Source: Anaerolineales bacterium
Lineage (GTDB): Bacteria; Chloroflexota; Anaerolineae; Anaerolineales; UBA4823
DNA length: 64,000 bases
Reading direction: 5' to 3'
NCBI GenBank assembly: GCA_035341015.1
Contig: DAOQUL010000001.1
Location: forward strand, 61,532 to 125,531
Shown: piece by piece, positions 38,377-46,869 of the stretch
How the letters are laid out: every line of letters begins with the position of its first letter
Position numbering within the stretch: the stretch's first letter is position 1
Notes under the pieces: generated by a model
What the model was told of the DNA's origin: nothing
Seen by the model: the letters and a program-made list of their open reading frames with translations, nothing else
Database searches by the model: none
Position numbers and translations under genes: made by a program

Positions 38377-39386
38377 TCGAAGTGACCTTGTACAGCCGTG
38401 CGGATTGCCATCTGTGTGAACAGGCGAAGGCGAACCTGGATGCACTGCAAGCAGAATATCCTCACCGCCTGACCATAATTGATGTGGATGGAGACCCAAA
38501 ACTTCGAAAAGAATATGGGTTCAACGTGCCTGTCGTCCAGATAGGCCCTTATAAAATGAAGGCGCCTATCGAACAGCAGGATCTGCGGATTACATTTAAA
38601 GCGGTTATTCATCGCGAAAATCAGATTGCCACGATTGATGCAGCGATCAAAAATAACGAGCTTCAAATTCCGGTCGTCTGGAAGCAGTCGGACGGGTTTA
38701 TGTTATGGTTCTCTCGGCATTACCTGGCCGTTTTCAACTTGTTTGTGTTGATCTATGTCGGCTTGCCATTCCTGGCCCCGGTGTTGATGAAGGTTGGTGC
38801 CGAAGCCCCTGCGGGTTGGATCTACAAGGCCTATAGTTATGTTTGCCATGGATTTGCTTACCGGTCTTGGTACTTATTTGGCGAGCAGATGGCGTATCCG
38901 CGGGCTGCGGCCGGCGTGGAAGGGCTGATTCCCTATGAGCAGGCTACAGGCCTGTCATCAGATGACCTGTGGGCGGCGCGCGAAGAAGTTGGGAACGAAG
39001 TGTTGGGTTATAAGGTAGCGCTTTGCCAACGCGATGTGGCAATTTATCTTGGGATCCTGGCGTTTGGGTTGTTATTTGCGGTTTTTCGACGGCATTTGAA
39101 ATCACTGCATTGGATCATATGGCTTTGTATTGGCATTGCACCGGTTGGGCTGGATGGTGTGAGTCAACTATTGAGCCAACCGCCATTCAATTTCTTGCCA
39201 TATCGCGAAAGTACGCCGCTTATCCGCACCATAACCGGCGGGCTGTTTGGCTTTGTGACGGCATGGTTTGGGTACCCGATCACTGAAGAAACGATGGTGG
39301 ATAATGTTAAGTACCTGGAGGCCAAGTTTCGTCGAATGCAAACCCAACAGAAAGCTGCGCCGGCCGATCCTGATGCGAAGGAATAG
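38373..39386 (+). CDS. fusion protein: glutaredoxin-like (DUF836-type, CHLC) N-domain plus DUF2085 polytopic membrane domain
   Basis: The N-terminus reads VTLYSRADCHLCEQAK...NVPVVQIG. The C-terminal part has YVCHGFAYRSW and LCQRDVAIYLG motifs typical of DUF2085. ATGA overlap with the upstream gene. Confidence 0.7.
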   Translation: MIEVTLYSRADCHLCEQAKANLDALQAEYPHRLTIIDVDGDPKLRKEYGFNVPVVQIGPYKMKAPIEQQDLRITFKAVIHRENQIATIDAAIKNNELQIPVVWKQSDGFMLWFSRHYLAVFNLFVLIYVGLPFLAPVLMKVGAEAPAGWIYKAYSYVCHGFAYRSWYLFGEQMAYPRAAAGVEGLIPYEQATGLSSDDLWAAREEVGNEVLGYKVALCQRDVAIYLGILAFGLLFAVFRRHLKSLHWIIWLCIGIAPVGLDGVSQLLSQPPFNFLPYRESTPLIRTITGGLFGFVTAWFGYPITEETMVDNVKYLEAKFRRMQTQQKAAPADPDAKE

Positions 39387-39421
39387 CTGGCGCCAGGCGA
39401 TTGTGGATTGAGAGATCGGCT

Positions 39422-40207
39422 ATGCCGTTTAACCAGGTAGATGGAGTCCGGTATTTTTCCTTTGAATCGTTGAGCCGAGCTGGAATTGGCCATGCCGTGT
39501 TCACGCGGCAGGGCGGGGTGAGCCAGGCCCCGTGGGCAAGCCTTAACCTAGGTGGGACGGTCGGAGATGCGGCGGAACACGTGGCTGAAAACCGCTGCCG
39601 GGCTTTGCGGGCTATGGGGAGCGATCCTCAAACTGTTTATGATGTCTGGCAGGTTCATAGTGCAGATGTCGTCCATGCGCATGCACCTCGCCCTGCGCAC
39701 GAACCCCACGCGCGGGCAGATGCGATCATCACCAATCGTCCAGGCATCACCTTGCTCATGCGTTTTGCGGATTGTGTACCGATTTTGTTGTACGACCCGC
39801 TCTGCAATGTTGTGGGCTTGGCGCATGCGGGCTGGATGGGAACCGTCAAGGGGGTGGCCCGGGCGGTGGTTGAAAGGATGCATAAGGATTATGGCTGCCG
39901 TCCAGGCGACATCCTGGCTGCGATTGGCCCGTCGATTGGGCCAGATCATTACGAGGTTGGGCCAGATGTGGTAGCACAGGTAAATCACGCTTTTGGGGCA
40001 GATGCTGAGGGCCTTTTACTACGCACGAATGGGGCGGTAAAATTTGATTTGTGGGCTGCCAATCGCCACTTGCTTGAACAGGCCGGTGTGAGGCAGGTTG
40101 AGGTGGCTGGGATTTGTACCGCTTGTCACCTGGAAGACTGGTTTTCGCATCGAGCAGAAAAGGGGAAAACAGGTCGTTTTGGCGCAGCCATTAAGCTGGA
40201 AGGGTGA
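39422..40207 (+). CDS. pgeF: peptidoglycan editing factor PgeF / YfiH (laccase-domain) family protein
   Basis: Has the QVHS, HAGWMGT and C..C...FSHR motifs. An alternative TTG start lies at 39401. Confidence 0.8.
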   Translation: MPFNQVDGVRYFSFESLSRAGIGHAVFTRQGGVSQAPWASLNLGGTVGDAAEHVAENRCRALRAMGSDPQTVYDVWQVHSADVVHAHAPRPAHEPHARADAIITNRPGITLLMRFADCVPILLYDPLCNVVGLAHAGWMGTVKGVARAVVERMHKDYGCRPGDILAAIGPSIGPDHYEVGPDVVAQVNHAFGADAEGLLLRTNGAVKFDLWAANRHLLEQAGVRQVEVAGICTACHLEDWFSHRAEKGKTGRFGAAIKLEG

Positions 40208-40938
40208 TTGGAGATCGCGTGAACCCGGCAGATGAAATTCGAATTCGCTATGAGGGTGTTATCGAGCGTATCGATCGAGCTGCCCGCAAAGTTGGGCGTG
40301 ACCCGGCAGGGGTTCGATTGGTGGTGGTTACAAAGCTTCATCCGATGGAAACTATTATGGCTGCCATTCAAGCCGGGGCAGGTTACCTGGGCGAGAATTA
40401 TGCCGAAGAAGCCGTCCCTAAGATCCAGGCGACTGCTGAGCTGGGTGTGAAATGGCATATGATAGGGCACCTTCAGGGGCGAAAGGCTGGTTTGGTTTGT
40501 GAGCATTTTGACTACTTGCATTCTTTGGACAGCCTGAGATTAGCTGGGCGTCTTAGCCGGCTGGCCCTTGAGAACCAGCGAGTGCTGCCGGTTTTGTTGC
40601 AGTTCAACGTCAGCGGCGAGGCCAGCAAATCGGGCTGGAATGCCTGGCAGGAGCTTTCTTGGCCGGGGCTGTTGGGCGAGATGGGCGAAATCCTGGCGCT
40701 GCCGGGCATAAGAGTCTGCGGCCTGATGACCATGCCACCTCTGGATCTGGATGCAGAATCGGCGCGCCCGCATTTTCAAAGGCTGAAGCGCCTACAGGGG
40801 TTTTTGAGCCAACATTTTCCCACGACAAGCTGGGATGAGTTGTCTATGGGGATGAGCAATGATTTTGAGGTTGCCGTGCAAGAAGGAGCAACTTGGGTAC
40901 GGGTGGGGCAGGCAATCCTGGGCCCGCGCCCAGGTTGA
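40204..40938 (+). CDS. yggS: YggS-family pyridoxal-phosphate homeostasis protein
   Basis: Has VTKLHP (PLP Lys), WHMIGHLQ..K and [11 protein letters not shown]. The GTG start overlaps the pgeF stop. Confidence 0.85.
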   Translation: MIGDRVNPADEIRIRYEGVIERIDRAARKVGRDPAGVRLVVVTKLHPMETIMAAIQAGAGYLGENYAEEAVPKIQATAELGVKWHMIGHLQGRKAGLVCEHFDYLHSLDSLRLAGRLSRLALENQRVLPVLLQFNVSGEASKSGWNAWQELSWPGLLGEMGEILALPGIRVCGLMTMPPLDLDAESARPHFQRLKRLQGFLSQHFPTTSWDELSMGMSNDFEVAVQEGATWVRVGQAILGPRPG

Positions 40939-40955
40939 GATGGAGGATACTTGTG

Positions 40956-41216
40956 ATGGTTTTAGTTCGTTTCATTGATATGTTGGTTCAATTAATAACG
41001 TTGGCAGTGATTGTGCAGGTAATCCTGTCTTACTTTGTGTCCCCTTATCATCCGGTTCGCCAGGGTTTTGACCGGGTGATCGAACCAATGTTGAGGCCCA
41101 TCCGCAGGTTTGTGCCTCCGGTGGCTGGGTTAGATTTTAGTCCAATGATTTTGCTTATATTTATTCAATTGTCGGGTAAAATACTGGTAGAATTGTTACT
41201 GAGAATCTTTTCCTGA
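40956..41216 (+). CDS. yggT: YggT-family small membrane protein
   Basis: Reads VILSYF.....P....[25 protein letters not shown] at 40942-40947. Confidence 0.75.
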   Translation: MVLVRFIDMLVQLITLAVIVQVILSYFVSPYHPVRQGFDRVIEPMLRPIRRFVPPVAGLDFSPMILLIFIQLSGKILVELLLRIFS

Positions 41217-41233
41217 CCAGAGAGAGGAAAGCG

Positions 41234-41545
41234 ATGGACTCCCCAAAATTTCACCTCCATAACGGCAGAAAGGGCGCCGCATTAGCGATCCGGATCACGC
41301 CTCGTTCCAGCCATAATGAGATCGCCGAAATCCTGAGTGATGGAACGATTCGTGTGCGCCTGGTTTCTCCACCTGTAGAAAGCGAGGCAAACAAAGCATT
41401 GATTGCATTCCTGGCGAAAGTATTGGGGGTAGCGCCGTCAAGTCTCGAGGTTGTGGCTGGTGAGACTGGCAAAGATAAGTTGGTCTCTGTTTTAGATCTG
41501 GATGCGGAAGCGGTTCATGAGCGCATCCTGGCGCACTTGAAATAA
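41234..41545 (+). CDS. DUF167 (YggU-like) protein
   Basis: 103 aa reading LAIRITPRSS.NEI...G.IRVRLVSPPVESEANKALIAFLAKVLGV..S.LEVV.GETGKDK. Confidence 0.75.
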   Translation: MDSPKFHLHNGRKGAALAIRITPRSSHNEIAEILSDGTIRVRLVSPPVESEANKALIAFLAKVLGVAPSSLEVVAGETGKDKLVSVLDLDAEAVHERILAHLK

Positions 41546-41557
41546 TCGTAGAAGATT

Positions 41558-41602
41558 AAAAGCAAACCGGAGCGGGTACCGAACCCGCTCCGGTTTGCTT
41601 TT
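41558..41602. terminator. bidirectional intrinsic terminator
   Basis: A 19-bp perfect stem AAAAGCAAACCGGAGCGGG / CCCGCTCCGGTTTGCTTTT with a 7-nt loop, between convergent genes. Confidence 0.85.
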
Positions 41603-41611
41603 AATACTGGT

Positions 41612-44281
41612 TTATCCAAACCCATATTGTGTTGGAGATGGCAGCTTGATGCCGGCGGCGGCAATGACCCAAAGGGTGTTGAATGTCACTTCCCGCATCT
41701 CTCCGTAGTCTCCAAAATAGTAGCCATAGATGTTGTGGACGATTTCAGCATTGGCGTGCAACCGCATGTAGTCCAGGGCTTCCAGCCGCTGTTCTTCATC
41801 CCCATTCTTGAGCGCCTGCAGCACCAGGTCGGTGGCTGGCTTGCCAGGTGCTACGGTCAGCCCCTGTTTGCTGGCAAAGGCAATCAGCCAGGCAGCCTCG
41901 GTGAGGGGGACAACCGGGCGAGGAATGTAGGGGTTGGGGCGTTTCAGTTCCTCCATGACCTGGTTGGCAGCATTGCGGACAATCCATTCCTTATCTTCTA
42001 GCTGCAGCTTGTCAAGGATTTGGATTGCCCAGGGCTGGTTGACCCGCTGCAAGCCAAAGACAACCGAGCGGCGCACCATCAGGTCCTCCATAGCGCTGCC
42101 CTCTTCAAGCGCGGGGTAACCTTCTTCGGGGTGGTTAGCCAGCGCTTCGGCGGCTGAACGGCGCAGCATTTCGCTTCCGTGGAGCAGTGCATCGGCGATG
42201 GCTTCCAGGGCATTTTTGTTGCCGATGGCTACCAATGCCAGGCAGGCGGCCCGGCTGACAGCCTGGTTTGCCTCTTGCATCACAATGGTCAAATCTTCAA
42301 CGGCTTTCGGATCGCGCAGCAGGCCGCAGCCTAACGCAGCAACCTGGCGCAGGTGATCTTGATCAGATTTTAACAATTGGCGGAACAATCCGCCTACACC
42401 CGGGTCGCCAGACAAGGCCAGGGCAGTGACGATACGCGTGGCTAGGGCCAGGGTGGCTTGCTCCTTTTGAAGAATGCTGACCAGGTAACGCAGCAATAAC
42501 GTGCGCCAGGTCATATTCTTGGGCGCCAGGCGCAGCCAGCGGGCAACCGCTAGTTGATCGCGATAGAGAAAATCTTCTTTGCGGAAAATTTGTTGGACAA
42601 GGCTGCCAATATCGCTGATGCGGGCCAGGAAATAACCGGTGAGCTGTTTGCCAGCCCAAAATGGTTGGCTTTCAAGGCCAGAAAGATCACCTTTGTCTGC
42701 AATCGCTTCGGCAGCCAGGTAACCTGTGATGACCGGATGAACAAAGCGAATGTGATTGTCGGCATGTTGGACCAATACGCCGCTGTCGGTTAAGGTTGAG
42801 ATTGCCTGGCGCGTTGAAGCATGCCGGGTAGTTGGCTTTGCTTCAGTAATTGGATCGTTTGCTGCGGCTGAATCCTCTGGGAGTGTTTCTTCAACTGGAG
42901 CGGCTTCTGCCTTGAGTAAACTGGCGGCCCACTTCTCGGCCTCAGATTGGCCCAGCACAGGGTTTTGATTGGTGACCATTTGCATAGCCAGCAGCCCCAT
43001 GGGAAGGCGTGCCCCTGTGAGCTCAACTGTCATGCGGCGCAAGTAGGCTTCAACCAAATTGGCCGTATCGGGGCCAAGGATGTCACCGGCGTAGGCAGCC
43101 CAGGTTTTGAGCGTAAGCTCAAGCGGGCTGCTTGGCATGTTTTCTTGTGCGATCAACCAGTTGTTCAAGAAGCGTGTATTGATTGGCTCGAGACCCTGCC
43201 CCTGAGAGAGAGGTGATGGAATGATATAACGCGTCCACAAGCCGCCCCATTTCTCGATAAATGAAGCTTTTTCATCGGCTCCCCAGTCAGCCATGGCGAC
43301 GGGTTGAAATCCGAGGTCTGGAAGCCCGGCAAAGTAATTTGGCGATGTGGCGACCACAGCGCGCATGCCTGGGTATTGCTGTAGGAGAGCAGTCAGAAGC
43401 TTTGTGATCTGTAAGCAGTGTTCATTTGGTAGTTCGTCTAATCCGTCCAAAAGCAAGAATAGGCGGTTATTCTCTAGGGCTGAGCGCAGCAGGGCGGGCA
43501 GCCGCGGCTGGGTCATGGCAGATACATTGCGCGAGACGGCTTCTGTGAGAATTTCTAAGGGGGTCTTGGGCTTGACAGAACGTCCCTTGGCGGCCGGGGC
43601 AGCTTTGGCGCTTGGTGCTGGCTCGGCTTGGTTTTGGGACTCGGCGGCGTCTGCGACTGGAGAAGGCGTTTCTGCGGGGGGTTCGGGCAAAGCTTGAGAT
43701 TCAGACTCTACCAGCAGGGGGATGTCAACCGCGTGGATGTATAGCGGTAAATAATCGCCCAGGGCGCCCACTCGGGGGTCTCGGCGGGCCATTTGGGAGG
43801 CCAGCAAGGCCAAAGCCACGGTCTTTCCGCTGCCAGGGTTACCAAACAAGATCAGGTTGGCACCTTCTTGCAGGCTTTGCGCCAGGGTCAATGTAGGGGC
43901 TTTGTAAAGGGCGGCCAGCGCTGGCCAATCTGGCGTGTAGGGGACGGTCAACTGAACCATGTCGATTGGCAGTGGTTCATCTGGTGCGCTTACGGTTGGG
44001 GTTGGCGCAATCAGGCGGGGTTCAATGGCAACTTCATCCAATGAGAAAAGCGTGGAAGCAATGTGTTGGCGTTGAGCCAGGCGTACCATGTCGTTGCGCA
44101 AGCGAATCTCTACCCCCGTGCTAATGCTTTCGCGGGCAGCTTGCATGCGTTCGCGGGTGAATTTCAGGAAATCTGGCAGATAACGTTTAAGAGTCGATGC
44201 CAGCCAGGCAAAGACGATCCCTGCTGCAAAGCCGATCCAAAAAGATATGCGATCGATTTGAAGGTTGCGTAAAAAGTCCAT
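41612..44281 (-). CDS. membrane-anchored NACHT-type STAND NTPase with C-terminal HEAT (PBS-lyase-like) repeats
   Basis: N-terminal TM (ISFWIGFAAGIVFAWLAS), Walker A LFGNPGSGKT (43820-43843) and Walker B LFLLLDGLDE (43433-43456). A ~50-aa Pro/Ala/Glu low-complexity insert lies between them (43559-43711). HEAT-like repeats are in the C-terminal third. Confidence 0.8.
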   Translation of the reverse strand: MDFLRNLQIDRISFWIGFAAGIVFAWLASTLKRYLPDFLKFTRERMQAARESISTGVEIRLRNDMVRLAQRQHIASTLFSLDEVAIEPRLIAPTPTVSAPDEPLPIDMVQLTVPYTPDWPALAALYKAPTLTLAQSLQEGANLILFGNPGSGKTVALALLASQMARRDPRVGALGDYLPLYIHAVDIPLLVESESQALPEPPAETPSPVADAAESQNQAEPAPSAKAAPAAKGRSVKPKTPLEILTEAVSRNVSAMTQPRLPALLRSALENNRLFLLLDGLDELPNEHCLQITKLLTALLQQYPGMRAVVATSPNYFAGLPDLGFQPVAMADWGADEKASFIEKWGGLWTRYIIPSPLSQGQGLEPINTRFLNNWLIAQENMPSSPLELTLKTWAAYAGDILGPDTANLVEAYLRRMTVELTGARLPMGLLAMQMVTNQNPVLGQSEAEKWAASLLKAEAAPVEETLPEDSAAANDPITEAKPTTRHASTRQAISTLTDSGVLVQHADNHIRFVHPVITGYLAAEAIADKGDLSGLESQPFWAGKQLTGYFLARISDIGSLVQQIFRKEDFLYRDQLAVARWLRLAPKNMTWRTLLLRYLVSILQKEQATLALATRIVTALALSGDPGVGGLFRQLLKSDQDHLRQVAALGCGLLRDPKAVEDLTIVMQEANQAVSRAACLALVAIGNKNALEAIADALLHGSEMLRRSAAEALANHPEEGYPALEEGSAMEDLMVRRSVVFGLQRVNQPWAIQILDKLQLEDKEWIVRNAANQVMEELKRPNPYIPRPVVPLTEAAWLIAFASKQGLTVAPGKPATDLVLQALKNGDEEQRLEALDYMRLHANAEIVHNIYGYYFGDYGEMREVTFNTLWVIAAAGIKLPSPTQYGFG

Positions 44282-44305
44282 TCGCGCCTACCTGAGTTCC
44301 GTGTT

Positions 44306-45007
44306 TTAGCCTGAGTAGAGAATGCGCCCACACGTGGGGCAGCGAACGATCTGATCTGGAACCTGGGCCGACTGCGCCAGGGCAGGTGTGAGCGTGGTGC
44401 CACACGCGCCACAAGTGCGGTTGGCAATACGAGCCACAGCAACACCCCGGCGTGACTGCCGCAGCTGTTCGTACAGCGCAACATCTTGTGGTGACAGCGG
44501 GGCTACTGCAGCCTGGCGTTCGATCTCCAGGCGTTCTAGTTGTTCGTGCAGGGATATTTGCTCGCCGCGCAGTTGGGCTTGTTGCTGCACCAGGCTTGCC
44601 TGTACGCCTTTAACTGCATCGTCTGTTTTTTTGTATTCGGCCTCTGCTTCTTCGACCACCAGCATGGCTTCAAGCTGCCGATCTTCGAGTACACCGAGGT
44701 ATTTTTTGAGAGCGGCAATTTCCTTTTGTAGATCTTGTAACTCTTTTGGGTTTTGGACTTTGCCACCATACAAAGCAGCCTCGCTCTGTCCGATCTTGAT
44801 CCTTTGCCCGCTGACCTCATTCTCTGCAAGGTCCAGCTTTTTGCGTTCTCCATTAAGAAAAGCCTCGGCAGTGGCGTTGGTTTGAAGAGCCTGTTTCAAA
44901 ACCGCATCTTCGCTCAATGCAGCTTGTATTTCTTGGAGGCGGTTCTTAACCTGGTCAAGATGGCTGTCGATTTGTTGAAGACGGAATAGAGTTGATAATT
45001 GGCTCAT
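44306..45007 (-). CDS. coiled-coil protein with C-terminal C4 zinc ribbon (COG1579-like)
   Basis: ~190 aa of heptad-rich sequence are followed by CGACG...VRCPTCGRILY. It lies 24 nt upstream of the NACHT gene. Confidence 0.75.
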   Translation of the reverse strand: MSQLSTLFRLQQIDSHLDQVKNRLQEIQAALSEDAVLKQALQTNATAEAFLNGERKKLDLAENEVSGQRIKIGQSEAALYGGKVQNPKELQDLQKEIAALKKYLGVLEDRQLEAMLVVEEAEAEYKKTDDAVKGVQASLVQQQAQLRGEQISLHEQLERLEIERQAAVAPLSPQDVALYEQLRQSRRGVAVARIANRTCGACGTTLTPALAQSAQVPDQIVRCPTCGRILYSG

Positions 45008-45119
45008 GTTGAGATTATAGAGGCGGTTGCCTCAGATGGCAAGGGAAAAGCTTAACAAATTCCACTTTGCAATTTAGACAAGTCGCGCCCAAATTGTAGT
45101 TCAATTGGTATAATTAATT

Positions 45120-45620
45120 ATGCCTTATCGGAATTTGCTGTGGGTTGTATTTTGTTTGACAGCCACATGTGCTGTTGTATTGGGATTTTTTGGCTGGCGC
45201 AACCGCAACCAGGCAAATGTAATTGTTGAGTGGCGCACAGCCAGCGAGCTGGATACGGTTGGGTTCAACCTGTACCGCAGCACAAATTCTGAGGGCGATT
45301 ATGAACAAGTGAATGATGCCATCATCCCTGCTTCACCTGATCCTTGGGCTGGAGGAGAGTACTCGTATGTTGACGAAGAAGTCCAAGGTGGGGTGATTTA
45401 TTATTATCTGTTGGAGGATGTTGCTTTAGATGGCAGTGTCAGTCGTCATGGCCCGATCGAGATCGAGGCGCAGGCGGGCGGCAAACTGGAACTTTTGCTG
45501 GCAGCGGTCTTCATCCTGGTTGCAGGCGCAGGGATACTGGCACTCGTTTTTCCCAAGAAAACATCCCCTCGTGCCGAGTTGGTCATTGAAGGCATGCAAG
45601 ATGGGCGAACAGAGAGATGA
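45120..45620 (+). CDS. bitopic membrane protein: N-TM, YYY beta-sandwich module, C-TM (paralog family A)
   Basis: Extended -10 TGGTATAAT (45106-45114) lies 5 nt before the ATG. The module reads VEWRTASELDTVGFNLYRS...YSYVDEEVQGGVIYYYLLEDVALDGS. The C-terminal TM is LLLAAVFILVAGAGILALVF. The 3' end overlaps the sigma-factor start by 20 nt. Confidence 0.6.
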   Translation: MPYRNLLWVVFCLTATCAVVLGFFGWRNRNQANVIVEWRTASELDTVGFNLYRSTNSEGDYEQVNDAIIPASPDPWAGGEYSYVDEEVQGGVIYYYLLEDVALDGSVSRHGPIEIEAQAGGKLELLLAAVFILVAGAGILALVFPKKTSPRAELVIEGMQDGRTER

Positions 45621-46251
45621 CGAGCAGGTTCTGGGCCAAACGATATTCTCCGGCAGTTCTGTAGACCGAGGAGACCAACGGTTTGGTTCTGCCAGTGAAG
45701 CCCAACTGCTTATTTCTATTATTACAGGCGACGAACATGCTTTCACAGAGCTTTATCGTCGTTATAGCCAGGGTTTGTACAACTACCTTTTGCGTCTCAT
45801 GGGCGATCCTTCAGGTGCAGAGGATGTTTTACAGGAGGTCTTCCTGGTGGTTTGGCAAACAGCAGACAGCTATCGGGGGGGGGCAAGTGTCAAAACATGG
45901 ATCTACCGCATCGGTCATCACAGGGCTGTTTCTTGGCTGCGACAACATCGCAGGGCAGTTGCCTATGATGAAAGTACCGTCTTTTTGAGCGAGGCTGAAC
46001 CGGAACAAGGGCGAGATAACGCCTGGCAAGACGATGATATCCAAAAGGCATTAGGGAGATTGTCTCCTAAACATCGCGCTGTGCTGGAGTTGGCGTTTGT
46101 GCAAGATCTATCGTACCAGGAAATAGCGCATGTTTTAAACATACCGTTGGGCACGATCAAGAGCCGGATGAGCTATGCGCTGCGGGCAATTGGAGGAATT
46201 TTGAAAGGCAAGAAGACGCCAGATCAGATCAAAGGTCAGGCGGAGGGATGA
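45601..46251 (+). CDS. ECF-family RNA polymerase sigma factor
   Basis: Region 2 reads FTELYRRY...DVLQEVFLVVWQ...TWIYRIGHHRAVSWLR. Region 4 reads LSPKHRAVLELAFVQDLSYQEIAHVLNIPLGTIKSRMSYA. Confidence 0.85.
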   Translation: MGEQRDDEQVLGQTIFSGSSVDRGDQRFGSASEAQLLISIITGDEHAFTELYRRYSQGLYNYLLRLMGDPSGAEDVLQEVFLVVWQTADSYRGGASVKTWIYRIGHHRAVSWLRQHRRAVAYDESTVFLSEAEPEQGRDNAWQDDDIQKALGRLSPKHRAVLELAFVQDLSYQEIAHVLNIPLGTIKSRMSYALRAIGGILKGKKTPDQIKGQAEG

Positions 46252-46832
46252 TGGCTAGAGAGAAAGAACCGGTACCAAGCGATCTTGATATGCAAGATTG
46301 GAAACAAGTCCGCGATGCGGTTGTGCATCAACCGATTTCTGCTCCTTCGCCGGATATTGAGAAGCGGTTGTTGGAAACGATCCGCAGCCGGCACCAAATG
46401 GCCTATCCACAAATGCACCTGTATGCCTTGGGTGCGACGCTGATCATCTTTGTTCTTTTATGGTTTGTTGTTCGTCCAGGTGTGGCCTTGCGGTGGTTGG
46501 CGCGGGGCGAAGACATCTCTGTTTTTCGCATCTATCGTTCAGTAAGCGGTGCTGAAGATTATCAATTACTGGGTGAAGTGCCCGCGGGCGCAGATGTGCT
46601 ATATGAGTATGTCGATATGCGTTTGTTACCTTGGGAGACCTATACTTATCTTGTGGAAGGGGTGCCGGGCAATGCCTCGCCGGTAGTGAGCCAGGCGGTG
46701 ACTAGCAATGCATTAGAGGCTCTGCCGGCTCAATTGATGCTTCTGGTGGCCAGCATCCTGATGGGTTATGGGTGTGTCTTGTTATTCAAGGTTTTGCAAG
46801 TTGCCAGGCTGCGATCTTTATACGGTGCTTGA
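46248..46832 (+). CDS. putative anti-sigma factor with extracytoplasmic YYY beta-sandwich module and second C-terminal TM
   Basis: ATGA-coupled to the sigma gene. A ~65-aa cytoplasmic N-domain is followed by a TM (LYALGATLIIFVLLWFVV) and the module LRWLARGEDISVFRIYRS...YEYVDMRLLPWETYTYLVEG. The C-terminal TM follows. No zf-HC2 motif is visible, so the anti-sigma call is positional. Confidence 0.5.
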   Translation: MMAREKEPVPSDLDMQDWKQVRDAVVHQPISAPSPDIEKRLLETIRSRHQMAYPQMHLYALGATLIIFVLLWFVVRPGVALRWLARGEDISVFRIYRSVSGAEDYQLLGEVPAGADVLYEYVDMRLLPWETYTYLVEGVPGNASPVVSQAVTSNALEALPAQLMLLVASILMGYGCVLLFKVLQVARLRSLYGA

Positions 46833-46869
46833 AATTTTATTTTGAGACTTATTTGTATTTAGAGGAATT

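Noticed and set aside
45008-45119. An ECF-type promoter (GGAAC-N16-17-CGTT-like) upstream of the C25/ECF locus or of 46870, 52578 and 53477.
   Set aside because: I found no convincing ECF -35/-10 pair in any of these short spacers. Only a housekeeping-like extended -10 is present at 45106-45114. The target promoter of this sigma factor remains unknown.
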